From the IMG/VR virus record IMGVR_UViG_3300021255_002239, positions 638 through 64,637 of that record: DNA of 64,000 bases; one strand, written 5' to 3'. Shown piece by piece: positions 26,984 to 36,976 of the stretch (positions are counted from its first letter, which is position 1; the number at the start of each line of letters is the position of its first letter). This DNA comes from a virus. Taxonomy: Duplodnaviria > Caudoviricetes. The translations under genes were made by a program, and so were the position numbers. The notes under the pieces are model-generated. The model worked only from the letters and a program-made list of their open reading frames with translations. It was not told the DNA's origin and ran no database searches.

Positions 26984-29900
26984 TTAAAATGCAGTCTCAA
27001 ATTTATAGCCTCTGCCAGACATTTTCTTAGCACCCTTCTGAACAGTTTTAAACATCGTTTCACTGTCAACTTTGAAGGTGTACTCAATGACAGGAGCCTG
27101 ACCATTGTTACTCTGCGAGGACATTGACATCGCCACATCCATCAGACTGTCGGTGAACGCTTCTTTCAAAGAGTTAACAATCTCTGTATTACTGTCGATA
27201 TGGGTCTTTCCACCCTTCTTATACATCAATTCAGGATTGTTATTTTCATTCATCCAGAACAGTTCACCAGCATTCGGAATACCACCTTTAGCATACCAGT
27301 TAACATATAACTGAGGTACTTCGAACCATTGTCTGTTATCAGCAGGTCCATAGGTAAGTCTTTGCCAATTCCACCCCACATGCGGAAGAGAAAGTCTTCT
27401 GGAAGAAATACCACTCTGTAGTCCATTGGTAATACTTGCGCCAAGACCGTACATGCCACTAACATTCATAGCTCTGTAAATGTTGTCGTATGTACCAGAA
27501 AAGTGACTGGCAATTGCTCCAGATACTCCAGCAAAGAAAGACGGAAGGTTTGTTCCAACATTCTTTGCGGTATTTGCCAGATTTACACCTAACTCTGTTT
27601 CAAGAGTTTTTGCAGATTCCACCGCAGGATTAAAATAACCTGCAATGTTGTTATTAAATTTAGTGATGCCGGCAGCGATACCAGCTTTTGCACCTTCAAT
27701 AGCAGCACTGACAAGTCTTTTTGTTTCATCCCACTTCGTTGTAACATGTTTCGTTGTCGAATCTGTTTTTGACTCAGCATCGCTCTTAATACCGGCAAAA
27801 GACGTTGCTATCGTGCCACTCATGCCGGCAACTTTCGTCACAGTACTGGACTGCATGTTACCAATGATAGTAGAGACATTCGTTTGCATGTCAGAAAACG
27901 ATCTCTTTACGCTTCCAACAGCACCGCTAACGCTTCCGCTCACCTGCGACACACCTGTTTTAACATATTCTGGGAAATAGTTTTTGAAGAAAGCTAGCAA
28001 CCGTTCTTCTGGAATATTAAGAGACTCCATAGCATCTTTGATTGCACCAAACCCAACTTCCGGTTTTGCGTCATCTTTTATGCTTGCAATAGCAGCCTTT
28101 AACTGGTTTTCTGCATTCTCTGCGTTTTCAGTTCCTTCATAAATTTCCCACAAATGATTGATCATTGTGTCTTTGAATTCACCAAATGTTTTACCTGTTT
28201 CAGTGAAATCAAGTTCCTCTTTATACACCTTGGTTTTGGCAGCATACCCTTCTGTTACAGATGAAAGCCATTCCATCTGAGTAGATGTCGCATTGATGTT
28301 CCCTATAACATTATTAAGAACTTTTTCAACATCTTCTGCTGGGATACCAGCCTCTTCCAGGCCTTGACGCAAAGTCGAAGAAAACTTTTCCGCAGGAGCA
28401 TTAGAGTTTTCCAAATCTTCCTTTATCTGGAATAATTTGTCATGAGTATCGCCCAGTTTCGGTCTGAGTTCGTCAATGACATAATCCCACATTTTGCCGT
28501 ATTCTGTGACAATGCCGTTTCCACCCTTAGCCTCATCCTGAATCTCGCCTATTTTCTTACCGATAAGCACAAGACCGGAAATTGTAGATGCGAAACCAAG
28601 TGATGCACCAAGTGCGCCATAGTCAAGAGATGTAAAAACTGGTTTTACGTTTGTGAGAGCATCTTTGATAGCGGTGGTTAATGGAACGAGTAGCGAAGAA
28701 ATCTTACCCTTCAGCAGAGCAATTCCACCAGTAATCACAGATGTAAGCATCTTCAACCCACCTGCTGCCATCTGCGCAATCACAAGTGTACTGTTCCCAA
28801 GGAATCCACTTATGCCACCAGTAAAACCGAGAAGTTTGGCAAATCCTTTAAAAAGTAAAAATCCCTGAATAATTCTACCAGCGAATGTTTCACCGAGTCC
28901 TTCCCATAATCCACCAACCATCGTAACCACAGTTCTCAATACAGAACCGAAAATAGATCCCCACGGCAATTCTTCAAGGAACACTCCAATGTCAATACCT
29001 ATCTGTCTCCAATCTATTCCAATTACCGTTTTTTCTATAACGCTGAGAATGCTCATAATAGCATCGCCAAGCTTTGATGCAGCAGCCCTGGGATCGAAAG
29101 ACCAAATCATCTTGTTTATTGCGCCTGTCAACTTTTTGGCAAGTGTTTTTGTATCTATGCCAGATATTGTAGTTAAAATAACATCTAATACTTTCCCAAT
29201 GCCAAGCATCAATGTGGCAGCGGCCTCTGCAAGATCAACCTTTCTGATAAACGCATTGATTGACCACCGTAGTTTGTTTTTCAACTCATCCCAATGGAAA
29301 TTAGTGATGAATGTTCTCAAAGACTCAAAAAGTCCATTAAACGTGATGGCAAGCGTGTTGGCAGCTTCCACAAGGTCAATTTTGGCAAGCGCACCATTCA
29401 AAAGACCAGATATACTGTTTCCGAGACTTTCCCAGATCACAGGAGTAGTCACAACACCACGAATGAAGCTGACCATCGCATTGAATTTGTTAACAAGCAA
29501 TTGACCAACACCAGTCCAGTTTACAGTGTCAAGTCCGGTCTTTAATGCTTTCCCAATCTTGGAACCAAGATTTCTGAAATCAAACGTGTCATACCATTTG
29601 TTAATAGTACTTGTGATACCGTTCAGACCTGTGGCAAATATCTGACCGATTATTGTCCAGTTTACCTTATCTACCAATCCATTAAGAGTCTTGGCTACGT
29701 TTCCAACGAACTCTGTAATCTTCGGTGATATGGCTTGTATTTTTTCATAGATCCAGTCAAGTCCCTGGTTGATTCCGCTTGCAATATAACCACCGAGTCC
29801 TGCCCAGTCTTTTGCTTTTATGAAATCATGAATCTTTCCGAAGACACCAGTGATCTTGTCTGCAATGGCATTCGCTTTGTCTTCCATCTTTTCGAAAGCT

Positions 29901-31432
29901 TCGTTCCAGACCTTTTCGTACTCATCGAGCATATCCAGAAGGGAAGCATCGAGAATGCCCTGTTCGCCAGCACCAAGACCAGTACCACCATTACCAGTGC
30001 CAGCCTTAGACTTACTGGAAGAATCATCATCATTTCCATTAAGGATGTTCAGTTCATCAAATGCCAGAACAGTTCTTTTCAGTTCTTTCAGTTTCTTGTT
30101 GGCATCATCAGAAGCGTTTCCGAGGTTGCCAAGAGACTCTGCACCATCATCACCGAAATCTGTAAATGTCTCACCGATGCCACCAATGCCAGAAGATGCA
30201 TCGCTGACCTTTACACCAAGCAGACCACCTACCCATTCGAACAGTTTACGAATAGCAATGATCAGTGCATTTACATACGGCAGAACCTTCTGCACAATAG
30301 GAAGGAAAACATTACCGATTGCTCTTGCGAGAGAAATTGTATTTTGCCTAATCAGACGCAACTGGTTCGCAGGAGTGTTTAGCGTGTTTGCGAGATCGCC
30401 CCACGCTACTCTGGACTGATCGAGAATGGTGATCATTCGCAGTTCGGCTTTTGCAGCTTGGTCCATCTTGGAAATGGATGTGGTGATTCCAAGATTATAT
30501 GCGGTCTGCTGAAGGGATGCCTGGGTAATGTCAATACCCAACGCACGAACCGCTCTGGACTGTCCGGCAAGACCGGAAGCCATCTTTTCAAATGCAGTTT
30601 CAAAATCTATGTTACGAAGGGATGACCAGTCTGTAGCAAGCATCGTCAGTGCCTTAGATGTGGCAAGTGCTGCTTCACCAGACATCCCTATAGAGTCCGC
30701 AATCTGACCGTACTGCGCCTGATACTGCATGACCATGTCCGCATCGACACCAAGGTTTTTCATGCCGTTTGAGCGATAGTTACCTTCTGAATCGAATGTA
30801 TAACCAGACATTTTCTCTGTCAGTTCCAGAGAACGCTTACGGAAGCTGTCGGCATAGGCTTCGGCAGAATCATATCCATATTCTGCAAAATCTTTCTTTG
30901 CACCTTCTCCGATCTTGCCGATTGCGACATCAAAGTAATGATATGTTTCAATCATTTCCATGCTACTTGTGAATGCCTTACCAAGACCAGAGAAAAGCCT
31001 ACGAATCATAAACAGCTTGAAATACAGATTCATGAATGTATTGGCAAGCTGACCTACGCTGAATCTTGCTGTGGTCATGTTCTTCGCAAGGCCGGCAATT
31101 CCTTTGGATGTATTTACGATGGCTCTTCTGGAAGAATTCAATGCACTCCCAAGATGCTTTATTCCGCTCGACAGATGGATAGTGCTGCCACCACCGCCAC
31201 CTCTACCACCAGAACCGCCACTGACCCCTGGGATCTTAACCCCTGTCAGTTTATCCAGATTAGATAAATCTACGTTGGCGAGTGCTTGTAGCTGACCAGT
31301 CAGAGATGATACATCGATTCCTGCAAGCTTCGTGTGAAGCTTATCGAGTCTGCGAATGAGTTTATCAATTTCCTTCGATGCTTTTTCTGCACTAGCTTCG
31401 ATTTGAATTGACAGTTCTGCTATATCAGTCAT
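26984..31432 (-). CDS. Tape measure protein
   Basis: About 1480 aa, helical Ala/Gly-rich with W-spaced repeats; follows tail chaperones. Confidence 0.92.
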   Translation of the reverse strand: MTDIAELSIQIEASAEKASKEIDKLIRRLDKLHTKLAGIDVSSLTGQLQALANVDLSNLDKLTGVKIPGVSGGSGGRGGGGGSTIHLSSGIKHLGSALNSSRRAIVNTSKGIAGLAKNMTTARFSVGQLANTFMNLYFKLFMIRRLFSGLGKAFTSSMEMIETYHYFDVAIGKIGEGAKKDFAEYGYDSAEAYADSFRKRSLELTEKMSGYTFDSEGNYRSNGMKNLGVDADMVMQYQAQYGQIADSIGMSGEAALATSKALTMLATDWSSLRNIDFETAFEKMASGLAGQSRAVRALGIDITQASLQQTAYNLGITTSISKMDQAAKAELRMITILDQSRVAWGDLANTLNTPANQLRLIRQNTISLARAIGNVFLPIVQKVLPYVNALIIAIRKLFEWVGGLLGVKVSDASSGIGGIGETFTDFGDDGAESLGNLGNASDDANKKLKELKRTVLAFDELNILNGNDDDSSSKSKAGTGNGGTGLGAGEQGILDASLLDMLDEYEKVWNEAFEKMEDKANAIADKITGVFGKIHDFIKAKDWAGLGGYIASGINQGLDWIYEKIQAISPKITEFVGNVAKTLNGLVDKVNWTIIGQIFATGLNGITSTINKWYDTFDFRNLGSKIGKALKTGLDTVNWTGVGQLLVNKFNAMVSFIRGVVTTPVIWESLGNSISGLLNGALAKIDLVEAANTLAITFNGLFESLRTFITNFHWDELKNKLRWSINAFIRKVDLAEAAATLMLGIGKVLDVILTTISGIDTKTLAKKLTGAINKMIWSFDPRAAASKLGDAIMSILSVIEKTVIGIDWRQIGIDIGVFLEELPWGSIFGSVLRTVVTMVGGLWEGLGETFAGRIIQGFLLFKGFAKLLGFTGGISGFLGNSTLVIAQMAAGGLKMLTSVITGGIALLKGKISSLLVPLTTAIKDALTNVKPVFTSLDYGALGASLGFASTISGLVLIGKKIGEIQDEAKGGNGIVTEYGKMWDYVIDELRPKLGDTHDKLFQIKEDLENSNAPAEKFSSTLRQGLEEAGIPAEDVEKVLNNVIGNINATSTQMEWLSSVTEGYAAKTKVYKEELDFTETGKTFGEFKDTMINHLWEIYEGTENAENAENQLKAAIASIKDDAKPEVGFGAIKDAMESLNIPEERLLAFFKNYFPEYVKTGVSQVSGSVSGAVGSVKRSFSDMQTNVSTIIGNMQSSTVTKVAGMSGTIATSFAGIKSDAESKTDSTTKHVTTKWDETKRLVSAAIEGAKAGIAAGITKFNNNIAGYFNPAVESAKTLETELGVNLANTAKNVGTNLPSFFAGVSGAIASHFSGTYDNIYRAMNVSGMYGLGASITNGLQSGISSRRLSLPHVGWNWQRLTYGPADNRQWFEVPQLYVNWYAKGGIPNAGELFWMNENNNPELMYKKGGKTHIDSNTEIVNSLKEAFTDSLMDVAMSMSSQSNNGQAPVIEYTFKVDSETMFKTVQKGAKKMSGRGYKFETAF

Positions 31433-31961
31433 TTTCCTTCTCACCTCTTTCCTTATCAGCTTTTGCCATGACATCAGGTTTCAGAGAAGCGACACCGTAC
31501 CTACGTTTATTGTCTTCCATGATGGATGCCCTAAACCGAATGGATGCATCTACGATCTTTTCTTCATCAGAATCTGTTTTATACAAATCTGGTGGAGCAT
31601 CTGGATACGGACATTTACTGCTACCGGAAAGACATGTTCCAACAGCCATCAGCACATACTGACCAAACAGCCATGCATCTTCTTGTTTGGTTTGTAATGA
31701 CCGTTTCTGCTGTTCTGCATAGTACGGAAGATTGCGCTCCAGTTTATTCGGATTCATTTTCCAGAAATCATCCATTGGCACTCCGTACTTAACAGCTATC
31801 GGTATCCATATTTTCTCAACAACATCGTGTGCGGATTCTATCTTCTGCGCCCTGATTCTGGCTACCTCAACAGCTCTTACTGTTGTTTCTTCTTGTGATC
31901 CTGCGGTACTACTCCGGCTTCTTCTGCCTTTGCCCTTTCTGTCAGGGCTTTGATAAAACCC
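31425..31961 (-). CDS. Tail assembly chaperone, frameshifted C-terminal part (gpGT-like)
   Basis: The -1 frame is open from slippery GGGTTTT (31961-31955) to the stop at 31425. Confidence 0.75.
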   Translation of the reverse strand, partial: GFYQSPDRKGKGRRSRSSTAGSQEETTVRAVEVARIRAQKIESAHDVVEKIWIPIAVKYGVPMDDFWKMNPNKLERNLPYYAEQQKRSLQTKQEDAWLFGQYVLMAVGTCLSGSSKCPYPDAPPDLYKTDSDEEKIVDASIRFRASIMEDNKRRYGVASLKPDVMAKADKERGEKEND

Positions 31962-32230
31962 GAATTAGACAATGCCACATTAAATGCTTCAACGATGGAG
32001 ATAAGATTGCCACCATTGACAATGTGGTTCTGGAGTTCGTCACCGGCTTCTTCGATATCTATGTCTTCAATCCAGGCGATGATTCCTCTCGCCACGGAAA
32101 GTGTGCTTTTCTTCTTAAAGTTCTTGCTGAAAATATCCAGGCCGTTATCTGCCAGGTCGATAATGGCATTGTTGTTCAGTTCCGGTACATCGTAGTCTCT
32201 TCCGTTGATTGTTACAGTGTTCTTCTTCAT
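31877..32230 (-). CDS. Tail assembly chaperone (gpG-like)
   Basis: Follows major tail protein; contains G GGT TTT slippery heptamer. Confidence 0.8.
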   Translation of the reverse strand: MKKNTVTINGRDYDVPELNNNAIIDLADNGLDIFSKNFKKKSTLSVARGIIAWIEDIDIEEAGDELQNHIVNGGNLISIVEAFNVALSNSGFIKALTERAKAEEAGVVPQDHKKKQQ

Positions 32231-32278
32231 AATAAAAAGTCCTTTCTAAGCATTCGCCTTATCAATGCGCCTTATAGT

Positions 32279-32312
32279 AAAAAAAGCGGATGACAAGTTA
32301 ATGCCATCCGCT
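32279..32312 (-). terminator. Intrinsic terminator after major tail gene
   Basis: AGCGGATG / CATCCGCT stem with minus-strand T-run. Confidence 0.7.
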
Positions 32313-32347
32313 AAAAGTTAGTGTATCTTTTTGTTTGTTGCCTGTGA

Positions 32348-32779
32348 TCAGGTCGTACCGGTGATCTCAGTTGCTGCGCCATCCACCCAGGGAGTGGAAC
32401 GTGCGATAGCAATGACCATTTCACGCACAGCATTCACATTGGATTCGGAAATCCTTACAGTGTGCTGACCTTTGCAGGAATAGATGCCATCTGCACCAGA
32501 ATCTCCAAACTCGACCTGATAGAACAGTTCCTTGCCGGCATCCGCTTTAACAGCATCGTAAAGCGTTTTGGTGTAGTTGCAGGTGAATTCCATAGAATCG
32601 CCACCCTGTTCGACGCCGTTACAGAAGGTCTGTGCGGTATCTTCAAGGTCGGTCGTTTCCAGCATATCCGGTGCGCCACCGATCTCAGGAACGGTCTTTA
32701 CCGGAGTTACCTTAGTGACGGCAGAAGCAGTCGTACCCCATTTAAGCACAGTACCAATGGTAGAAATACCCTGTCCCAT
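32348..32779 (-). CDS. Major tail (tube) protein
   Basis: VPEIGGAPDMLETTDLED...MEFTCNY; position in tail operon. Confidence 0.85.
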   Translation of the reverse strand: MGQGISTIGTVLKWGTTASAVTKVTPVKTVPEIGGAPDMLETTDLEDTAQTFCNGVEQGGDSMEFTCNYTKTLYDAVKADAGKELFYQVEFGDSGADGIYSCKGQHTVRISESNVNAVREMVIAIARSTPWVDGAATEITGTT

Positions 32780-32813
32780 AACTTATACCTCTTCTTTCAT
32801 ACAAAAAGGACGG

Positions 32814-33269
32814 TTAATTACCGTCCGTTGTACCAGTTTCTCCTGTCTCCGCAGAGACAAATCTATCGATAACGTCATTTGCACCAATCACCCTGGTGTA
32901 TCTGGCGATAACACGGTGAATATCTGGGGAAGTGAATGAGGCTTGCAGACTATCTGCACCATTTCTCTTCTCCCTTCGCTTGAAACCCATTCTGTACATT
33001 GCGCTGTTTGCCAATTCAAGGATTTTCATGGCATCAGCGTCAGACACCTTAGAGTAAACGTCTATCTGCACCACACAGCTAATGGCATTTTCTCCATCGG
33101 AACCGAGGTCGAGATCGTCAGCAATGGCAGGTGCTGAAACAACAGCTACACACACAGCCGGAAATTTCGCCGGCATATTAGTCGCTGTCGAAACAACTTG
33201 AGCGTTGGTATATTCCACTAATATTGTGATTTTGACATTTGTAAGGATTCTATTCTGCCAATTAATCAT
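32814..33269 (-). CDS. Tail terminator/completion protein
   Basis: Position; VQIDVYS...MYRMGFKR. Confidence 0.7.
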   Translation of the reverse strand: MINWQNRILTNVKITILVEYTNAQVVSTATNMPAKFPAVCVAVVSAPAIADDLDLGSDGENAISCVVQIDVYSKVSDADAMKILELANSAMYRMGFKRREKRNGADSLQASFTSPDIHRVIARYTRVIGANDVIDRFVSAETGETGTTDGN

Positions 33270-33826
33270 CCGAAAACACCTCTTGCGATGGATATGATTT
33301 CCATCTCCATTGATATCAATGCACTAAAGACCGGCATTGATGGCTCAATACCTGTCGATGAATGCCATTCTCCGTCTAAGTCTTGCCAGTGCCATCCACC
33401 TGCATCAAAAGCATGAGTCTGTCCTGGAAATGTTCCTTGCCCCATGCCAAGAGTAGTTGCTATATCAGCATTACCCTTACCAGAAGCATCAGAAGCCATG
33501 AAACCAGAACCAAACTCCGTCATTAACAATGGACTGACATCAGCAGATTTGACTTTGCCATATGACATCCACTGAACAGTAATCGTGCCGGAAGTAGCCA
33601 GAAGAATTGCTGTTGCGCCATACTGCGAAGGATTGACGGCTTTTGTGAAAGTGATGAATGCGCCATATTCACCGCCAGAATTATCCCTGGCGATCTGGAT
33701 TCCATGTTCCGTCAATTGCTCAACGAATCTGGCACATTTAGTCGCTATTTCATTCTTGTAGGCTTTCAGTTCACTGATGGCACGATTTAAGTCCTTCGTG
33801 GATAATGTGCATTTAATCGTCTTCAT
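33266..33826 (-). CDS. Neck/tail component (HK97 gp10-like)
   Basis: Position; PLLMTEFGSG, TGIEPSMP. Confidence 0.7.
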   Translation of the reverse strand: MKTIKCTLSTKDLNRAISELKAYKNEIATKCARFVEQLTEHGIQIARDNSGGEYGAFITFTKAVNPSQYGATAILLATSGTITVQWMSYGKVKSADVSPLLMTEFGSGFMASDASGKGNADIATTLGMGQGTFPGQTHAFDAGGWHWQDLDGEWHSSTGIEPSMPVFSALISMEMEIISIARGVFG

Positions 33827-34205
33827 TTATGGTCATCTGCCTTAATGCGTAATGCACTTGATAGTGGCCTCTTGCGATAGCAACCACACGATACTTTGCC
33901 GTCAAAGGATCCGCAGGAGTACCGTCCTCTTTGACTTCTGGCTCCTCATCCCAAAGGATTGTGCGTTCATCAATTCCGAGATCCATATCGGTCGTGGACA
34001 TGGTTTTTGAGTATTTCAGATTCGCTCCGAAAATCTCTTCTGCAAACGTTCCTCTCGATGGAGACAGGTTTGCTCTCTTCTTCTTGACTTCGCCATACTC
34101 GACAGCCGGTTCGCCAGTGTAGTCCCCATTCTCATCAACCGCTTCGCTTGCGTCCGAGAAGTTTGCAAACCACACGTTCTTTGAATCTATCCATGTGTTT
34201 AACAT
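33813..34205 (-). CDS. Head closure / head-tail adaptor protein
   Basis: Position in neck module. Confidence 0.65.
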   Translation of the reverse strand: MLNTWIDSKNVWFANFSDASEAVDENGDYTGEPAVEYGEVKKKRANLSPSRGTFAEEIFGANLKYSKTMSTTDMDLGIDERTILWDEEPEVKEDGTPADPLTAKYRVVAIARGHYQVHYALRQMTINEDD

Positions 34206-34550
34206 TTAAATCACCTCACACAAAGGAGTTACATCATGCAAGATGGTCATGTTCTTCCACATCCGGGTCGTACCAGCATCTGTAAGCATCGATAATCCTT
34301 CGGCTCCGATTCGCCCATACATCTCAGGTATGATCTCCATAGCGATGTTGCTTTTACGGACCGTAAAGTACCGAATGACATCTGCATCAATCATCTCCGG
34401 TGTATACCAGTCGGGAAAATTGCGCAAATTTTTGTAGTTGTCGATGACGGATTGGACAAGCATCAACAGGAAATCATCAGGAATGTCCTTATCCATCATT
34501 GTAAAATATGTTTTGGTCATCTGGAAAATTTCCTGAATCAGTTCGTTCAT
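34206..34550 (-). CDS. Head-tail connector protein
   Basis: Start refined to MNELIQE; YGRIGAEGLS motif typical of gp15/gp6-like adaptors. Confidence 0.7.
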   Translation of the reverse strand: MNELIQEIFQMTKTYFTMMDKDIPDDFLLMLVQSVIDNYKNLRNFPDWYTPEMIDADVIRYFTVRKSNIAMEIIPEMYGRIGAEGLSMLTDAGTTRMWKNMTILHDVTPLCEVI

Positions 34551-34567
34551 GTCCAACCTCTTTCTGG

Positions 34568-35152
34568 TCAATCGTACTTGAAATACTTGTACAAATGACC
34601 GCATTTAATTCTTGTGTCCGCATACAATTCATATCCGGCTTTTGACGCTTCCGAGCAGAAGTACAAGTCTTCACTGAGAAACGTGCCGGAATCGTAAGAA
34701 ACATACTTAAACCACGGATATTTCAGTTTAAGAAAAACTGAGCGATGTACGAAAGCGCAGCCAAAACCTGCACCTTTTATTTGCATCCTATCCACCGTCA
34801 GTTCTTTGTATGTAAAGCGCTTGGCGAAGTTTTGCTGACCGGTCTTATATACTTCTGCCATGCCATCCATATTGTTCTTGTGCGGATACAAACCGAAACA
34901 TATGTCTACCGGGAATTCAAGGAAATTCAAAAGCGTGTCTTTCGGCAGAATGATGTCACTGTCCACCATAAGGACATAATCATAATCGCCATCCAGCATT
35001 TTCTTGACGATCATGTTCCTAGCTTTCGCACAGTCATAACCTTTGACGAATTCAAACTGCACATCATGATTCGCTTTATCAAGATCATAGATGGATTTGA
35101 ATGTCTCTGGAACTATGTTTTCAAAAGTAGGAACTGCTACAAGAATTCTCAC
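34568..35152 (-). CDS. GT-A (family 2-like) glycosyltransferase within the head module
   Basis: ILVAVPT, ARNMIV, YVLMVDSD (DxD), GFGCAFV, SEDLYFC. Confidence 0.85.
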   Translation of the reverse strand: MRILVAVPTFENIVPETFKSIYDLDKANHDVQFEFVKGYDCAKARNMIVKKMLDGDYDYVLMVDSDIILPKDTLLNFLEFPVDICFGLYPHKNNMDGMAEVYKTGQQNFAKRFTYKELTVDRMQIKGAGFGCAFVHRSVFLKLKYPWFKYVSYDSGTFLSEDLYFCSEASKAGYELYADTRIKCGHLYKYFKYD

Positions 35153-35379
35153 GCTTTTGCCCTTCTCCCCGGCTTTTTTCTCTGCTTTACGGCATTTTCT
35201 TCCACAGCAGGTTCCACAATCGGTTCTGTCTTAGGCTCGATATCCAGTTTGACAGGTTTGGAAGGGACGATCTTTTTATCGACCGTCCCAGATTTAACCC
35301 ATCCGGCATGTTCGAATGCCATGACCTGAATTTCCGATGCGACCTGCATTGTGATGCCGTCCTTAGTTAAGACGTACAT
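35149..35379 (-). CDS. Small head-module protein
   Basis: Short ORF after major capsid gene. Confidence 0.55.
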   Translation of the reverse strand: MYVLTKDGITMQVASEIQVMAFEHAGWVKSGTVDKKIVPSKPVKLDIEPKTEPIVEPAVEENAVKQRKKPGRRAKA

Positions 35380-35403
35380 CCTATACCCCCATCAAAAAGC
35401 AGA

Positions 35404-36285
35404 TCAGTTAGTCTCGCCAGTCTCGCCAGTCTCGCCAGTCTCTCCACCAGGAACGAACGTGGTATCACCGATAACAGAGATGCCGTCTGCTTTCTGGTTA
35501 AGAACGAATGCGTCGTAACGGATGCGTCCTTCTACCAGTGCGCCATTGATTCCAGGCGGGTCCTGATGGATCTTATAGCTTTCCAGTTTGACCGGAGAAA
35601 CCATCGTCATTCTGTTGGTGATGACAGCTTCAACACCAGTCGGGAAGTAAGAGGCAGGAGCCTTAACGATGTAGACACCATCGATCTCGCCCACAACACC
35701 GGTGATAGCGATCCGCTGAGACATGTCAGACTTTTTAACGAAGTTTTCACTGAGCTTGATGAAGTTCAGGAATTTCGGAGTTACGATTGCGAAACGTCCG
35801 CCCTGCGGAACCTTTGCATTGTCCAGATCTTCCTGTCCGGCGAGGAACAGTGCGTAAGCGTTGATTGCAGACACATCTGCTGCATTGTGGACATGAGCCG
35901 CCTTCGCACCAGCCACGTATGTTGCGATTCTGTAAGTATCGACTTCCGGGATCACAATTTCATCGATCTGCCTACGAAGAGCCTTGCCGGCCTCCATAGT
36001 CATCATGGTGTCGTCATAGGACTTGCGGTCGATGGTGAAGGTGAACGATCTGTCCATCTGAACCTTCATTTCCTGAACAGCATTTTCCAGTTCTGCCGGA
36101 GTGCCGTATCTGGAAGCACCAGACAGGGAGTAGTTGTTCATAGATGCGGTCGGGATCGAGAAGACCTTAACACTCTCCACACCGATCCATTCATACTCGT
36201 TGTTGACCATTCCAGAGGTAAGCGGTCCAAGTTTGAATCGCTCATCTACCTTTGCGGAATACTTCTCAGCATATTCAGTTGCCAT
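35404..36285 (-). CDS. Major capsid protein
   Basis: Follows scaffold; IDEIVIPEVDTYR, GALVEGRIRYDAFVL. Confidence 0.88.
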   Translation of the reverse strand: MATEYAEKYSAKVDERFKLGPLTSGMVNNEYEWIGVESVKVFSIPTASMNNYSLSGASRYGTPAELENAVQEMKVQMDRSFTFTIDRKSYDDTMMTMEAGKALRRQIDEIVIPEVDTYRIATYVAGAKAAHVHNAADVSAINAYALFLAGQEDLDNAKVPQGGRFAIVTPKFLNFIKLSENFVKKSDMSQRIAITGVVGEIDGVYIVKAPASYFPTGVEAVITNRMTMVSPVKLESYKIHQDPPGINGALVEGRIRYDAFVLNQKADGISVIGDTTFVPGGETGETGETGETN

Positions 36286-36306
36286 TTTGGTTTTCCTCAC
36301 TTTCTC

Positions 36307-36852
36307 TTAAAACGCTGAATCAAACCCAGCCAGAAACGGATCATTAGCGGAATCGCCACCCCCATTACCAGCGTTGATCTCAGGACGATTCTTCAGCCAT
36401 TCAGCTTCTTTCGCCTTAATCAAAGCATCGGAATGCTGTTTCTGAATCTTCGCCAACGCATCGTAGTCTCCAGTCACTTCAGCTTCCGCAGCAAGCTTCG
36501 ACAGTTCTTCGTTCATGCCCTGGAGTGCATAACGTGCTTTGGCTTCCGCAGTCCTCTTGAATTTTTCAAGTTCTGCGACATAAGCCTTGTGCTGTTCTTC
36601 AGCTTTCTGCTTCTCTTCGTTCTGGATCTCCTCTGCGGACTGTTTCTCACGGAGAGCTTTCTTGTACTTCGCAGCTTCAGAAGATGCATTGTCGAACGAA
36701 TTTTTGTATTTCGTCTTCTCTGCTCTCTCCTTGGCTAGCTCTGCCATAAGCTCTTCGATCGTGGGAGTCTGGTCTTCCTGTCTCTCTTCGGGTTTCTCAG
36801 CTTCTTTTGTTTCTACTGCCTGTTCGGCAGTTTTTTTCATGTCATCACTCAT
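36307..36852 (-). CDS. Capsid scaffolding protein (DUF4355-like)
   Basis: Charged coiled coil upstream of capsid gene. Confidence 0.8.
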   Translation of the reverse strand: MSDDMKKTAEQAVETKEAEKPEERQEDQTPTIEELMAELAKERAEKTKYKNSFDNASSEAAKYKKALREKQSAEEIQNEEKQKAEEQHKAYVAELEKFKRTAEAKARYALQGMNEELSKLAAEAEVTGDYDALAKIQKQHSDALIKAKEAEWLKNRPEINAGNGGGDSANDPFLAGFDSAF

Positions 36853-36940
36853 GGTTTTTATTACCTTTCTGCGATTTGAGTCTTCTCTGACTTTTTGCGA
36901 AATTTGTAAAGCCCCTTCTCTGGGGCAAATATTTATATAA

Positions 36941-36973
36941 AAATAGCTACTTGATATTTAAATCAAGTAGCTA
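36941..36973 (-). terminator. Perfect 12-bp inverted repeat after NUMOD4-HNH gene
   Basis: TAGCTACTTGAT atttaa ATCAAGTAGCTA. Confidence 0.6.
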
Positions 36974-36976
36974 CTC

